Notes: a model not told the origin generated them from the letters alone. Shown: positions 1-10,012, counted from the first letter of the stretch. The stretch: DNA of 46,227 nt from Acutalibacteraceae bacterium (GCA_045601645.1 JAZSAC010000102.1:1-46227), one strand, 5' to 3'. Numbers and translations are program-made.

Positions 1-1211
1 ATTGCTACTACAAGGTCAAAAACTACCGTTAATAAAAATGTTGTAACCAAAACAATTATTTCACCCAAATCTTTGGTCTTTAAAATCTTAACAAAGCTAC
101 GCCACTCAGACATATTATACGCAACTACAAATAGAATAGCCGCAATAGTAGGCATAGGAATTAGTTTTGTATATGGCATAAAAAACACTAAAACAAGCAG
201 TAGCACAATTGCATGAACCATACCCGAAACCGCGGTTCTTCCGCCGTTTTTTGCGTTTGCCGCCGTTCTTGCAATGGCACCTGTAGCAGGAATCCCCCCA
301 AACATAACCGATAGCATATTTCCTACACCTTGAGCTACAAGCTCTGCGTTAGGATTATGCCGTGAATTAATCATTCCATCAGCAACAACACAAGATAGTA
401 ACGACTCAATAGCTGCCAAAACAGCAATTATTACAGCATCAGGCAAAGCAGCAACCACCTTGCTCATGCTAATTTCAAAACCACCTAATGTAAACTTTGG
501 AAACCCGGTAGGAATAGTATACAACGTGCCGATTGTAGAAACATCTTTAAACAACGGCAAAAATGCTACCAGTAATGCACTTACAATAACCGCAATAAGT
601 GAGGATGGTATTCTTTTTTCAATTTTAGGATAAATAATCAAAATAATAAGACTTATAGCACCTATAACTAAAGCATATGGGCTGAATGTTCCTATTGCAT
701 CAATGTTAGCCTCAATTTTCTCAAAGGTTTCTATCGGTTTTACTCCGTTAGCATAACTTAATCCCAAAAAGTCTTTAATCTGACCGATAAAGATGGTCGC
801 CGCAATACCAGCTGTAAAGCCTATAGTTATTGTCTTGGGCACATATTTTATAAGTTGTCCCAGCTTACAAACACCCATAATAATTAATATTATTCCGGCT
901 AATAGCGTTGAAATCACAAGGCTTTCTATGCCTTTTGTGGCAACAATTCCTGCAACTATTGTTGCAAACGCTGCCGTCGGACCGGCAATTTGAATACTGC
1001 TTCCACCTAACAAAGATACCGTAAAGCCTGCAAATATAGCAGTATAAACACCCCTAGCCGGTTCAACTCCGGAAGCCAATGCTAAAGCAATTGACAACGG
1101 TAATGCAATAATTGCAACAATTATTCCCGCTATAATATCCTTAAATAATTGTTGCTTTTTATAACCTAAAACATCTGATAAAAGCTTGGGCTTTAAATAA
1201 AAACCTTCCAC
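1..1211 (-). CDS. SulP-family inorganic anion (sulfate) permease; N-terminal part only, as the gene runs off the left edge
   Basis: The frame is open from GTG at 1211 to the window edge, and is absent from the ORF track because there is no stop in the window. My translation reads VEGFYLKPKLLSDVLGYKKQQLFKDIIAGIIVAIIALPLSIALALASGV...MFGGIPATGAIARTAANAKNGGRT, a typical SulP membrane core. A GGGGGUG SD-like run lies about 6 nt upstream. Confidence 0.8.
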   Translation of the reverse strand, partial: MEGFYLKPKLLSDVLGYKKQQLFKDIIAGIIVAIIALPLSIALALASGVEPARGVYTAIFAGFTVSLLGGSSIQIAGPTAAFATIVAGIVATKGIESLVISTLLAGIILIIMGVCKLGQLIKYVPKTITIGFTAGIAATIFIGQIKDFLGLSYANGVKPIETFEKIEANIDAIGTFSPYALVIGAISLIILIIYPKIEKRIPSSLIAVIVSALLVAFLPLFKDVSTIGTLYTIPTGFPKFTLGGFEISMSKVVAALPDAVIIAVLAAIESLLSCVVADGMINSRHNPNAELVAQGVGNMLSVMFGGIPATGAIARTAANAKNGGRTAVSGMVHAIVLLLVLVFFMPYTKLIPMPTIAAILFVVAYNMSEWRSFVKILKTKDLGEIIVLVTTFLLTVVFDLVVA

Positions 1212-1240
1212 AAAAACACCCCCGCTGATGATTCGTTTTG

Positions 1241-2224
1241 TTAGAGATAATTACACCTTAACTCCTTATCTGTATAAGGAGTTATAAATGATGGTGCAAC
1301 ATCAAATACAGTTTTACAACCCGAAATGCCTTCACTATTCATTCTGACTGCTGCACGAGCATATGCCACTAAAACAGATGCCGTAAACTCAGGATTTGAA
1401 TCAAGCTTTAAGCTATACTCTACACAATGATTATTTTCGTTATTTATTCCTGTTTTTCCGTTTCTTATTACCAAACCGCCATGTGATAATCTTTTATGAT
1501 TGCAATTAAGCTCTTCGATAGAAATGAATTCAACCGAAGTATCATAATCAGCAAAATAGTTAGGCATAGTTTTTATTTCACGCTCAATTTTTGCTTTATC
1601 TGCACCCTCTTCAACCACAACAAAGCATTCTCTTTTATGCTTTTCTCTGGCGGTTAGTTGCAAAGGTTCTCCTGCCCGTACTGCCTTCAAAGCATCCTCG
1701 CAAGGAACCGTATATTGTCTTGCATCTATTACACCATCAATTCTTCTAATTGCATCTGAGTGGCCTTGACTTACACCTTTGCCCCAAAAGGTATATGTAT
1801 TCCCATTTGGCAAAATTGCCTCTGAATAAAGACGGTTGATTGAAAACATGCCGGGGTCCCAACCGACTGAAATAATGGCAACCTTGCCCGATTTTTCAGC
1901 AACTTTATTAACATTCTCAAAATGCTCTTGTATTTTAGCATGGGTATCAAAGCTGTCGACAACATTAAAATGCTCGGCAAACATAGGTGTCTGCAAAGGC
2001 AGGTCTGTAGCACTACCACCGCAAATTATTAAGACATCTATATTATCTTTATATTTTAAAATCTCATCAACCGAATAGACAACCGTATTAGTCGCCGTTT
2101 TAAGTGTTGTAGGCTCACGCCTGGTAAACACACCAAACAAGTTCATATCAGGTGAAGCTAAAACAGCACATTCTACTCCCTTACCTAAATTTCCGTATCC
2201 TAATATTCCCACATTAAAACTCAT
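1241..2224 (-). CDS. ddh: meso-diaminopimelate D-dehydrogenase
   Basis: 327 aa. It carries GILGYGNLGKGVE (Rossmann), GWDPGMFSINR, FWGKGVSQGHSDAIRRI and KHKRECFVV, matching the Corynebacterium Ddh family along its full length. Confidence 0.85.
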   Translation of the reverse strand: MSFNVGILGYGNLGKGVECAVLASPDMNLFGVFTRREPTTLKTATNTVVYSVDEILKYKDNIDVLIICGGSATDLPLQTPMFAEHFNVVDSFDTHAKIQEHFENVNKVAEKSGKVAIISVGWDPGMFSINRLYSEAILPNGNTYTFWGKGVSQGHSDAIRRIDGVIDARQYTVPCEDALKAVRAGEPLQLTAREKHKRECFVVVEEGADKAKIEREIKTMPNYFADYDTSVEFISIEELNCNHKRLSHGGLVIRNGKTGINNENNHCVEYSLKLDSNPEFTASVLVAYARAAVRMNSEGISGCKTVFDVAPSFITPYTDKELRCNYL

Positions 2225-2282
2225 GGGGCTACCTCTTTCCTTTTCAAAAATCTTAGAACAAAAATGTCACAAAACACCCTCA

Positions 2283-2311
2283 ATTATAATAAAAAAAAGC
2301 CTCAAAGTCAA
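2283..2311 (-). promoter_or_regulatory. sigmaA-type promoter for ddh
   Basis: Minus strand reads TTGACT, 17 nt, TATAAT, about 60 nt upstream of the ddh start. Confidence 0.5.
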
Positions 2312-2337
2312 CAACTAATAACATATAACCTCTGTTT

Positions 2338-2364
2338 AAAAAAGCGGAGGGATAACCCCTCCGC
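2338..2364 (-). terminator. Rho-independent terminator after the Mrp/NBP35 gene
   Basis: Minus strand reads GCGGAGGGG-UUAU-CCCUCCGC followed by UUUUUU, immediately after the stop at 2369. Confidence 0.65.
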
Positions 2365-2368
2365 TATA

Positions 2369-3223
2369 TTATTTATTAAGAGCTGTTTCAAGCATATCGG
2401 CTGCTGAATCAAGATAATCAACTGCAAAACGCTCAAATTCGCCTTGATTACAAAGCTCGGTTAACACAGTATCAATCGGCATTTTTCCTAAAGGCATTAC
2501 CGCTATTTCAGCACAAAGCTCATCAAAATGGCTGTCGCCGAAAATATTGATTGCTTTATTACAGTCAGGACATTTTACATAGCTCATGTTTTCAATCATA
2601 CCAAGTACCGGTATATTCATCATGGTTGCCATATTACATGCTTTTTTAACTATCATTGAAACCAAATCCTGCGGTGTTGTAACAACAATTATACCATCAA
2701 TAGGTAAGGATTGATAAATGGTTAACGGAACATCTCCGGTTCCGGGAGGCATATCAACAAACATATAGTCTATCTCATCCCAAAATACATCTGTCCAAAA
2801 TTGCTTTACAGCACCGGCTAAAACAGGCCCTCTCCAAACCACCGGCGAATCCGGATTTTCCAGCAATAAATTGCACGACATTATTTTAATACCGTTTGCT
2901 GTAACCTCCGGCAAAATACCTTTATCATTCATTTTTGCCCTTGAATTTATTCCAAACATTTTTGGAATTGACGGTCCTGTAATGTCGGCATCAAGAATGC
3001 CAACCTTATAGCCCTTACGACTCATCAATACAGCAAGCATGGCAGTAACCAATGACTTACCTACACCGCCCTTGCCGCTTACTACACCAATAACATGATG
3101 AACCTTACTGAATTCATTGAGCTTTTCCGACATATCTTCTATAGGCTGCTCTTTTTTTGCCGATTTGCACGTACTGCAATCACCATTACAACCTGTTTCG
3201 TTACACTTTCTTTCCTCTTCCAT
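2369..3223 (-). CDS. Mrp/NBP35 (ApbC-like) Fe-S cluster carrier ATPase
   Basis: 284 aa. It has the deviant Walker A GKGGVGKS, a Cys-rich N-terminus (CNETGCNGDCSTC) and a CPDC motif. This is the ParA/MinD-superfamily Mrp pattern. Confidence 0.8.
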   Translation of the reverse strand: MEEERKCNETGCNGDCSTCKSAKKEQPIEDMSEKLNEFSKVHHVIGVVSGKGGVGKSLVTAMLAVLMSRKGYKVGILDADITGPSIPKMFGINSRAKMNDKGILPEVTANGIKIMSCNLLLENPDSPVVWRGPVLAGAVKQFWTDVFWDEIDYMFVDMPPGTGDVPLTIYQSLPIDGIIVVTTPQDLVSMIVKKACNMATMMNIPVLGMIENMSYVKCPDCNKAINIFGDSHFDELCAEIAVMPLGKMPIDTVLTELCNQGEFERFAVDYLDSAADMLETALNK

Positions 3224-3262
3224 GACCTGTCCTCATTTCTTAAAATACACTTATATGAGTAT

Positions 3263-3284
3263 AAAGCCGAATAAAATCGGCTTT
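3263..3284 (-). terminator. weak terminator-like hairpin after the lipoprotein gene
   Basis: AAAGCCGA / UCGGCUUU stem. The U tract is poor. Confidence 0.35.
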
Positions 3285-3296
3285 ATATCTTTGTTT

Positions 3297-4289
3297 TTAA
3301 TTTGTTTTGTTTGAACTATCGTTGCTTGTCTGATTTGCAGATAACTTATTAAACTCGATTATAGAAACCTCAATATACTTAGTAGGTTTTTTATCCTCAT
3401 CGCTATCTTCGCCACCTTGTTCACCATCAGGCTCGGGTAAAACAATTCGGTCAGGAACATCTACTTCAGTTATATCATACTTAAAATTAAATTCGAATGA
3501 GATTTCGTTTGAAACAGTCTTTGTAACCTTTTCAGTGGTGGCAACACCTGAATTATCAGGGTCAGCATCTTGTATTTGAACCTCAACCTCTATTGGATAG
3601 GTATAGGTATAGGTCACAGACTGTGTAGAAAGTCTACCCTTAGTATCAATTATACCGCTTACACGCAACCCTGTTGCAGTAACTGACATTCCTGCGGATT
3701 TTTCACTGTAAAACTCCTTACCGATTTCCTTTTCAGCATCAAAATCCGCATCATTAAAATCATATTCAAGAACAAATCCATAACCGCCGTTATCAGTTTT
3801 TACAATAACCGTATCTAACACAGTTATTGAAGAGGCGTTAAAAAACTCTATATCCTTAAACAAATCCTCTACAAAAGCATCTAAATTTTTATCTTTAGCA
3901 ATTATATAATTAGCGCCCGCTTTATATCCATAAAACACCTCGCCGGTATTATAAAACTGAACAACCTCACTATTTTCACCGCTTTTTGCAATGGTTTCAC
4001 AGCCAAAAACTTTACCTTTTTCAGAATTCATATAATCCAGTGAAACACTAAGTCTTGCAGAGGTTGTTTTTTCATCAACCGTTGCAGATTTTACCGCATT
4101 TCCATTAAAACCTAATGAAGTGGCATTTTGTAACGCTGTTTGAGTAGCAACATAGGCATTATTTACAATATCAATAGTAGCATTATCCACCGTATAACCC
4201 GAAGCTGTATTTTCAGGCTTCTTGTCACCGCAAGCACACAAGAGAGTCAACATTAAAACAGCTATCATAAGACATAATATTTTTTTCAT
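3297..4289 (-). CDS. putative lipoprotein of unknown function
   Basis: 330 aa. It has a signal peptide MKKILCLMIAVLMLTLLCAC with a lipobox-like LCAC, followed by G. The C-terminal tail is acidic (PEPDGEQGGEDSDEDKK). I recognise no domain. Confidence 0.6.
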   Translation of the reverse strand: MKKILCLMIAVLMLTLLCACGDKKPENTASGYTVDNATIDIVNNAYVATQTALQNATSLGFNGNAVKSATVDEKTTSARLSVSLDYMNSEKGKVFGCETIAKSGENSEVVQFYNTGEVFYGYKAGANYIIAKDKNLDAFVEDLFKDIEFFNASSITVLDTVIVKTDNGGYGFVLEYDFNDADFDAEKEIGKEFYSEKSAGMSVTATGLRVSGIIDTKGRLSTQSVTYTYTYPIEVEVQIQDADPDNSGVATTEKVTKTVSNEISFEFNFKYDITEVDVPDRIVLPEPDGEQGGEDSDEDKKPTKYIEVSIIEFNKLSANQTSNDSSNKTN

Positions 4290-4493
4290 AAAAAACCTCT
4301 TTTACATTAAAATCTTATACAAAGCACAAATTTTAACCTTGTTTTACTAAGTATACCACACAGAATAAAAAAAAACAACAATATAAGCCAATTTTTTTAA
4401 ACTTTAGTGTTGTAATTATCTGTAAAATCTGCGATAATAATATTATTAAAACCGTAGCAATAGTTTTACATATTATATCAAGTGAGGTCATTT

Positions 4494-6155
4494 ATGAATT
4501 TTAATGAAAATATGGCAGAGCTTCTTCTGCCAAACATTGATAAGGATCCCTCTTATTATGAAGAAAAATACCCACCTCGTAATTTAGGTGAAGGTGTGAG
4601 AATCACAAGAGTTGCACCAAGTCCTACGGGATATCTTCATTTAGGAACACTTTTTGTTTCTCTTATTAACAGGCTTGTTGCCGATTCAACAGGAGGAATC
4701 TTCTTTACTCGTATTGAGGATACAGACAAAAAACGTGAAGTTGAAGGCGGTATTGCCGATATTATAAGTGGTATTAAGCATTTTGGAATAGCTATTGATG
4801 AAGGCTTTGTTGACGCCGACCGCGAGATAGGTGCTTACGGGCCATATAAGCAATCTTTGAGAGCTGAAATATACCAATGCTACGCCAAGTCGCTTATTAA
4901 GCAAGGACTTGCTTATCCCTGCTTTTGTACCGAAGAGGATTTGGCTGAGGTTAGAATTCAGCAAGAGGCTTTAAAGGTGCGCACCGGCTATCACGGTCAA
5001 TGGGCAAAGCACCGAAACATTACCTATGACGAAGCTAAAAAATTGATTGATGAAGGCAAACCCTTTGTATTACGACTAAAATCTAACGGATGTGAAGATG
5101 CCAAAGTGATTTTTGATGATGGTATTAAGGGTAAAATTGAAATGCCAGAAAATGATGAAGACTTTGTAATTTTAAAGTCCGATGGTATTCCAACCTACCA
5201 TTTTGCTCATGCTGTTGATGACCACTTAATGAGAACAACCCATGTCATTCGTGGTGACGAATGGATATCATCAACTCCTAAGCATCTTCAGTTATTTAAA
5301 CTATTAGGCTTCAAGCCTCCAAAATATGTACATGTTTCACCCATAATGAAACTCGACAATGGTGCTAAACGAAAAATAAGCAAGCGTAAAGACCCCGAAG
5401 CTGCTGTGCATTATTTTGCCGAACAGGGCTACCCTTCCGACAGTGTTATTGAATATTTAATGACCATTGCCGCAAGCGATTTTGAGGATTGGCGGAAGGC
5501 AAATCCAAATGAAGCCTATAAAAATTTTAATTTTAATATAAAAAAGATGAGTTCATCAGGTGCTTTATTTGATACAGATAAATTGAATGACGTGTCTAAA
5601 ACCGTAATCAGCCGTATGAATGCCGATACTGTTTTAGAAAATCTTTTAGACTGGGCAAAAGTTAATGATAAAAGCTTCTATGATGTTTTAACAAAGGATA
5701 CCGAATATTCAAAAGCAGTATTTAATATTGACCGTAACACTCCAAAACCACGTAAAGATATTATTAAATGGAGTGACGCAAAGTGCTATTGCGAATATTT
5801 TTTTGATGAGCTTTATAATGAGAATTATACGCTACCCGATAATATTGCTTATGAATCAGCTGTCAAGATACTTACAGCCTATAAAGAAGTGTACGACCCA
5901 ACTCATGACAATGCGCAATGGTTTGATACTATAAAAAGCATTTGCCCCGTAGCAAACTTTGCAACCGAGACCAAAGCCTACAAAGCAGAGCCTCAAAAAT
6001 ATTCAGGCAGCCCCGGTGATGCATCGACAATTATTCGTATTGCTGTGACAGGGCGCACCAACACACCCGACCTTTGCAGTATAATGAAATTATTAGGTAA
6101 AGAACGCACAATTTCCCGTATTGATAATGCAATACAATATTTTAAGAACTTATAA
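4494..6155 (+). CDS. gltX: glutamate--tRNA ligase (long, about 553 aa form)
   Basis: HIGH-type motif PSPTGYLHLGT and KMSKS-type motif KISKRK. I place the start at ATG 4494 (GAGG at 4484-4487, 6 nt spacing). The track's GTG at 4482 overlaps the SD. Confidence 0.85.
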   Translation: MNFNENMAELLLPNIDKDPSYYEEKYPPRNLGEGVRITRVAPSPTGYLHLGTLFVSLINRLVADSTGGIFFTRIEDTDKKREVEGGIADIISGIKHFGIAIDEGFVDADREIGAYGPYKQSLRAEIYQCYAKSLIKQGLAYPCFCTEEDLAEVRIQQEALKVRTGYHGQWAKHRNITYDEAKKLIDEGKPFVLRLKSNGCEDAKVIFDDGIKGKIEMPENDEDFVILKSDGIPTYHFAHAVDDHLMRTTHVIRGDEWISSTPKHLQLFKLLGFKPPKYVHVSPIMKLDNGAKRKISKRKDPEAAVHYFAEQGYPSDSVIEYLMTIAASDFEDWRKANPNEAYKNFNFNIKKMSSSGALFDTDKLNDVSKTVISRMNADTVLENLLDWAKVNDKSFYDVLTKDTEYSKAVFNIDRNTPKPRKDIIKWSDAKCYCEYFFDELYNENYTLPDNIAYESAVKILTAYKEVYDPTHDNAQWFDTIKSICPVANFATETKAYKAEPQKYSGSPGDASTIIRIAVTGRTNTPDLCSIMKLLGKERTISRIDNAIQYFKNL

Positions 6156-6172
6156 TTAAAGGATTGACAACG

Positions 6173-7858
6173 ATGGAAAACAACAATATAACCGAAAACA
6201 AAGAATTGATGACTTCAAATTTTATTCATGATTTTATTGACGAGGATTTAGAAAAAGGTGTTTATCAAAAGGTACAAACCCGCTTTCCACCAGAACCTAA
6301 TGGTTATCTTCATATAGGTCATGCCAAAGCTATTTGTATAGATTTCGGTACTGCCGAAAAATACAACGGTAAGTGTAATCTGCGTCTTGACGACACCAAC
6401 CCCACCAAAGAAGATGTTGAATATGTTGATGCAATCAAGGAAGATATTGAATGGCTTGGTTTTAAGTGGGACAACGTTTACTTTGCATCTGATTATTTTG
6501 ATTTTATATATGACTGTGCTTTAAAGCTTATTGATTTAGGCTTAGCATATGTAGATGAAAGCGATGCCGACACTATTCGTGAAATGCGTGGCACACTAAC
6601 CGAGGCAGGCAAGAACAGTCCGTACCGCGACCGTCCTTTAGCCGAAACTAAAGATTTATTCCGCCGTATGACCGAAGGTGAATTTCCTAACGGCTCTATG
6701 GTTTTGCGCGCAAAAATTGACATGGCTTCGCCAAACCTCAACATGCGAGACCCCGTTATATACCGTGTTCTAAAAGCACATCACCACCGCACAGGTGATA
6801 AATGGTGCGTTTACCCTATGTATGACTTTGCACACCCTTTATCAGATGCTAAAGAAGGCGTAACACACTCACTTTGCTCTTTAGAATTTGAAAATCATCG
6901 TCCTTTATACAACTGGTTCTTAGAAGTTTTAAACATTCCTACACCGCCTCGTCAGATTGAATTTGCACGTATGAATGTTAATTATACCCTTACAAGTAAA
7001 AGAAAATGCTTAAAGCTGGTTGAGGATAATATTGTTGAAGGTTGGAATGACCCGAGAATGGCAACCATTAGCGGTATGCGTCGCAGGGGCTATCCTGCTG
7101 AGGCTATTCGCACCTTCTGTGAAAAAATCGGTGTTTCTAAAGCATACAGTGTTATCGACTATGCCTTACTCGAATCATGTGTAAGAGATTATCTTAATGT
7201 TAACGCCGAACGTGCTATGACTGTGCTACGTCCCTTAAAGGTTATCATTGATAATTATCCCGAAAATAAAAGTGAAGATATTGAGGTTGAAATCAATCCA
7301 AATAAACCGGAACTCGGCAATCGTATAATTAAGTTTTCAAGAGAAATATATATTGAGCAGGACGACTTTGCACTTGTTCCTCCACCTAAATACTTTAGAC
7401 TTTGTCCTGAAAAAGAGGTGCGTTTAAAAGGCGCATACTTTATAAAATATGCTTCCCATGAAAGCGATGATGAGGGAAATATTACAGTTGTTCACTGCAC
7501 ATATGACCCTGCTACCCGCGGCGGTGATTCTCCTGACGGCAGAAAGGTTAAAGGAACATTGCATTGGGTAAATGTCCAAGATGCACAAGATGCCGACATT
7601 ATGCTCTATGACCGTTTGTTTAATGTTGAAAATCCATCAAACGAAGAGGGTGTTTCTAGCTTTAAGGATAATCTTAATCCATCATCATTAACCGTTTTAA
7701 AGGGTTGCAAGTGTGAAGCTTTTATGAAAAATGCTAAACCCGGTGACAAATATCAATTCATGCGTCAAGGCTACTTCTGTGTGGATATTGCCAGCACACC
7801 TGACCGATTAATAATTAACCGTACCGTTGCACTGAAGGATTCATTTTCGAAAAAATAA
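6173..7858 (+). CDS. glnS: glutamine--tRNA ligase
   Basis: RFPPEPNGYLHIGHAKA (HIGH), LTSKRK (KMSKS) and a C-terminal anticodon-binding beta-barrel region. I place the start at ATG 6173 (AAAGGA at 6158-6163). The track's TTG at 6164 abuts the SD. Confidence 0.9.
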   Translation: MENNNITENKELMTSNFIHDFIDEDLEKGVYQKVQTRFPPEPNGYLHIGHAKAICIDFGTAEKYNGKCNLRLDDTNPTKEDVEYVDAIKEDIEWLGFKWDNVYFASDYFDFIYDCALKLIDLGLAYVDESDADTIREMRGTLTEAGKNSPYRDRPLAETKDLFRRMTEGEFPNGSMVLRAKIDMASPNLNMRDPVIYRVLKAHHHRTGDKWCVYPMYDFAHPLSDAKEGVTHSLCSLEFENHRPLYNWFLEVLNIPTPPRQIEFARMNVNYTLTSKRKCLKLVEDNIVEGWNDPRMATISGMRRRGYPAEAIRTFCEKIGVSKAYSVIDYALLESCVRDYLNVNAERAMTVLRPLKVIIDNYPENKSEDIEVEINPNKPELGNRIIKFSREIYIEQDDFALVPPPKYFRLCPEKEVRLKGAYFIKYASHESDDEGNITVVHCTYDPATRGGDSPDGRKVKGTLHWVNVQDAQDADIMLYDRLFNVENPSNEEGVSSFKDNLNPSSLTVLKGCKCEAFMKNAKPGDKYQFMRQGYFCVDIASTPDRLIINRTVALKDSFSKK

Positions 7859-7897
7859 TTTTAAAATCAAAATTTATCGGTAAATCGGAGGTAAAAT

Positions 7898-8647
7898 ATG
7901 AAGGTAAAAGAAATTTTAGATTTTTTGACCAATATTGCACCTATTCAATTAGCAAGAGATTTTGACAATGTTGGATTGCTTGTGGGCAATCCGGAACAGC
8001 ATGTAAATGGAATAATGGTTACTCTTGATTGCTTTGACGAGGTAATAGACCGTGCTGAAGACCTCGGTGCAAATCTAATTATCACTCACCACCCAATTAT
8101 TTATACTCCGTTAAAAACCGTAACCGTTGACAATATAGTTTATAAACTGATTTCTAAAGGTATTTCGGTAATTTCAATGCATACAAATCTTGACCAAGCC
8201 GACGGAGGAGTAAATGATGCTTTGTGTTCAGCAATTGGACTTTATGATGTTGAAAAGATTACAACTGCTGATGGCTTTATTATTCGAAAAGGTTGGCTTG
8301 ATAATGCAGAGGACCCCTATTCTTTTGCACGTCATATAAAAGAAACATTAGGTGGTACAGTTAAATTTGTTGCCGGCAACCGCGATATTTCGAGTATAGT
8401 TGTATGTTCCGGTTCGGGTAGCGATTACTTGAATGAAGCAATAGCATTAAATGCTGATGCATTTGTTACCGCTGATGTAAAACACCACGCATTTATTTCA
8501 GCAGGAAATTTAGGTATTTCTCTATATGATGCAGGACATTTTAACACCGAAGACGTTATCGTTTCTGCTTTATGTCGAGATATTTCGGGTGCTTTTCCTG
8601 AAATCTCGGTTTCCGAATGTCATTTTTCTAAAATAGAAAATATATAA
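7898..8647 (+). CDS. Nif3-family dinuclear metal-centre protein (YbgI/YqfO-like, short form)
   Basis: 249 aa with an ITHHP motif, MHTNLD, and C-terminal GHF..E metal-ligand patterns. Confidence 0.75.
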   Translation: MKVKEILDFLTNIAPIQLARDFDNVGLLVGNPEQHVNGIMVTLDCFDEVIDRAEDLGANLIITHHPIIYTPLKTVTVDNIVYKLISKGISVISMHTNLDQADGGVNDALCSAIGLYDVEKITTADGFIIRKGWLDNAEDPYSFARHIKETLGGTVKFVAGNRDISSIVVCSGSGSDYLNEAIALNADAFVTADVKHHAFISAGNLGISLYDAGHFNTEDVIVSALCRDISGAFPEISVSECHFSKIENI

Positions 8648-8660
8648 AACACATTGCAAA

Positions 8661-8693
8661 AAGAGGTTTAGCAAATGCTAAACCTCTTTTTTT
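8661..8693. terminator. bidirectional terminator between convergent genes
   Basis: AAGAGGUUUAGC-AAAU-GCUAAACCUCUU flanked by an A-run and a T-run. The 3' arm overlaps the last codons of the minus-strand gene. Confidence 0.6.
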
Positions 8694-10012
8694 ATAACAT
8701 CAATTTTATCTATACCATAGTATTTTAAAACCTTTATAATATCTTTTGTAATAAGTTCTCCGCTGAAAATCGGCGGTATAGCCGGAGGACACGTAACCTC
8801 AGATATAGCACACACTCTGTCTAAAGCACAATCAACCGAAACCCTTTCAAACTCACAAAACAGTGCTTCTCTAATACTTGTGATTTTAGTAGCAATAGGT
8901 ATTGTTGGTATGCTTTTTCTTTTAGTTTGCCCAACAGTCAACTTTGAAAACGCTTTTTGCACCCTTTCAAACGCCAATTCATCGGTATATGATGTAAACA
9001 TCAACACAACCGTGTCTTTATCAGAGAATTCAGGTTCTACATAATTATTTCTCAAAATTATTGCAACTTCTTCCCCATCAATTCCACTGCTGTTACAGTC
9101 AACAGTTATCTTCAACGGTTCATTTCCAATAGTTGTAATTTTCTTTTTATTTAATATTTTCTTTATCTCGGTCACTTTATTTGCAACCATCTCAATTTTT
9201 TGAGAAAAGCCGTAACTTAAAATTTTATTACACAAATCAAGTGATTGCAACACCAAATAAGACGGACTTGTTGATGCAAACATCGACAAAAAATGCCTTG
9301 CAATATTCACGTATTTACAATCAGCATTTTTAGAGATATGCATATAAGCACCTCCCGTTAAAACCGGTAAGGTTTTATGGGCCGAATCACAGCATATGTC
9401 GGCGCCCAAATCAATAGGGTGACATGATGGTTTTAAAAATTTTAAATATGAGCCATGAGCATTATCAACTAACAGCATAACACCATACTTTTTACAAACC
9501 TTTGCAATTTCTGAAATATCTTGAACATTTCCAAGATAATCAGGCGATGTTATGTAAAAAGCAGTTGGCTTTTTTACCATTGAAGCTAAATGACTATCTA
9601 AAGCTTTAGGTAAGACAGCACAACTGCACAGATGCTGTTCGTAGGTAGGATAAAACCATTCAACCTCTATTCCCAATAGTGCAGCACCATAAAGAAAGGA
9701 TTCATGCGCATTTCTTGTTGCTAAAACAAATGGTTCTTTACCGTAGGTTGCAATCGCAAGCATTGCCTTAATACAAAGTGAGGTTCCTTCGGTTGAATAA
9801 AAGGTCTGTGCTGAGCCAAAAATCTCGGTCGCATTAGACTCGCTTTCAGCGATTATGCCTTTTGGACTGCAAAGAATATCTGCACCCTTAACCTCGGTAA
9901 TATCTAATCCTTCAAAACCCAACATATTATAGCCTTTATGCCCCGGCATATGTAATCTTGAAATGCCGCTTTTTAAATATGCATTTACAAAATCAACAAT
10001 CGGCGTTTTCAT
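8678..10012 (-). CDS. Orn/Lys/Arg decarboxylase-family PLP-dependent enzyme (COG1982-like)
   Basis: 444 aa. It has N-terminal HMPGHKG and the PLP-lysine motif DSAHKTLP. Its start overlaps the upstream stop as ATGA. Confidence 0.75.
   Translation of the reverse strand: MKTPIVDFVNAYLKSGISRLHMPGHKGYNMLGFEGLDITEVKGADILCSPKGIIAESESNATEIFGSAQTFYSTEGTSLCIKAMLAIATYGKEPFVLATRNAHESFLYGAALLGIEVEWFYPTYEQHLCSCAVLPKALDSHLASMVKKPTAFYITSPDYLGNVQDISEIAKVCKKYGVMLLVDNAHGSYLKFLKPSCHPIDLGADICCDSAHKTLPVLTGGAYMHISKNADCKYVNIARHFLSMFASTSPSYLVLQSLDLCNKILSYGFSQKIEMVANKVTEIKKILNKKKITTIGNEPLKITVDCNSSGIDGEEVAIILRNNYVEPEFSDKDTVVLMFTSYTDELAFERVQKAFSKLTVGQTKRKSIPTIPIATKITSIREALFCEFERVSVDCALDRVCAISEVTCPPAIPPIFSGELITKDIIKVLKYYGIDKIDVIKKEV

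Noticed and set aside
793-993. 66-aa plus-strand ORF
   Set aside because: It lies antisense within the SulP permease coding region.
2225-2337. Possible lysine riboswitch (L-box) upstream of ddh
   Set aside because: Only about 60 nt separate the predicted promoter from the start. That is too short for an L-box, and no conserved L-box helices are seen.
4290-4493. Possible T-box leader upstream of gltX
   Set aside because: The spacer is AT-rich. It has no specifier-loop/AGAGA features, no T-box sequence (GGUGGUACCGCG-like) and no terminator.
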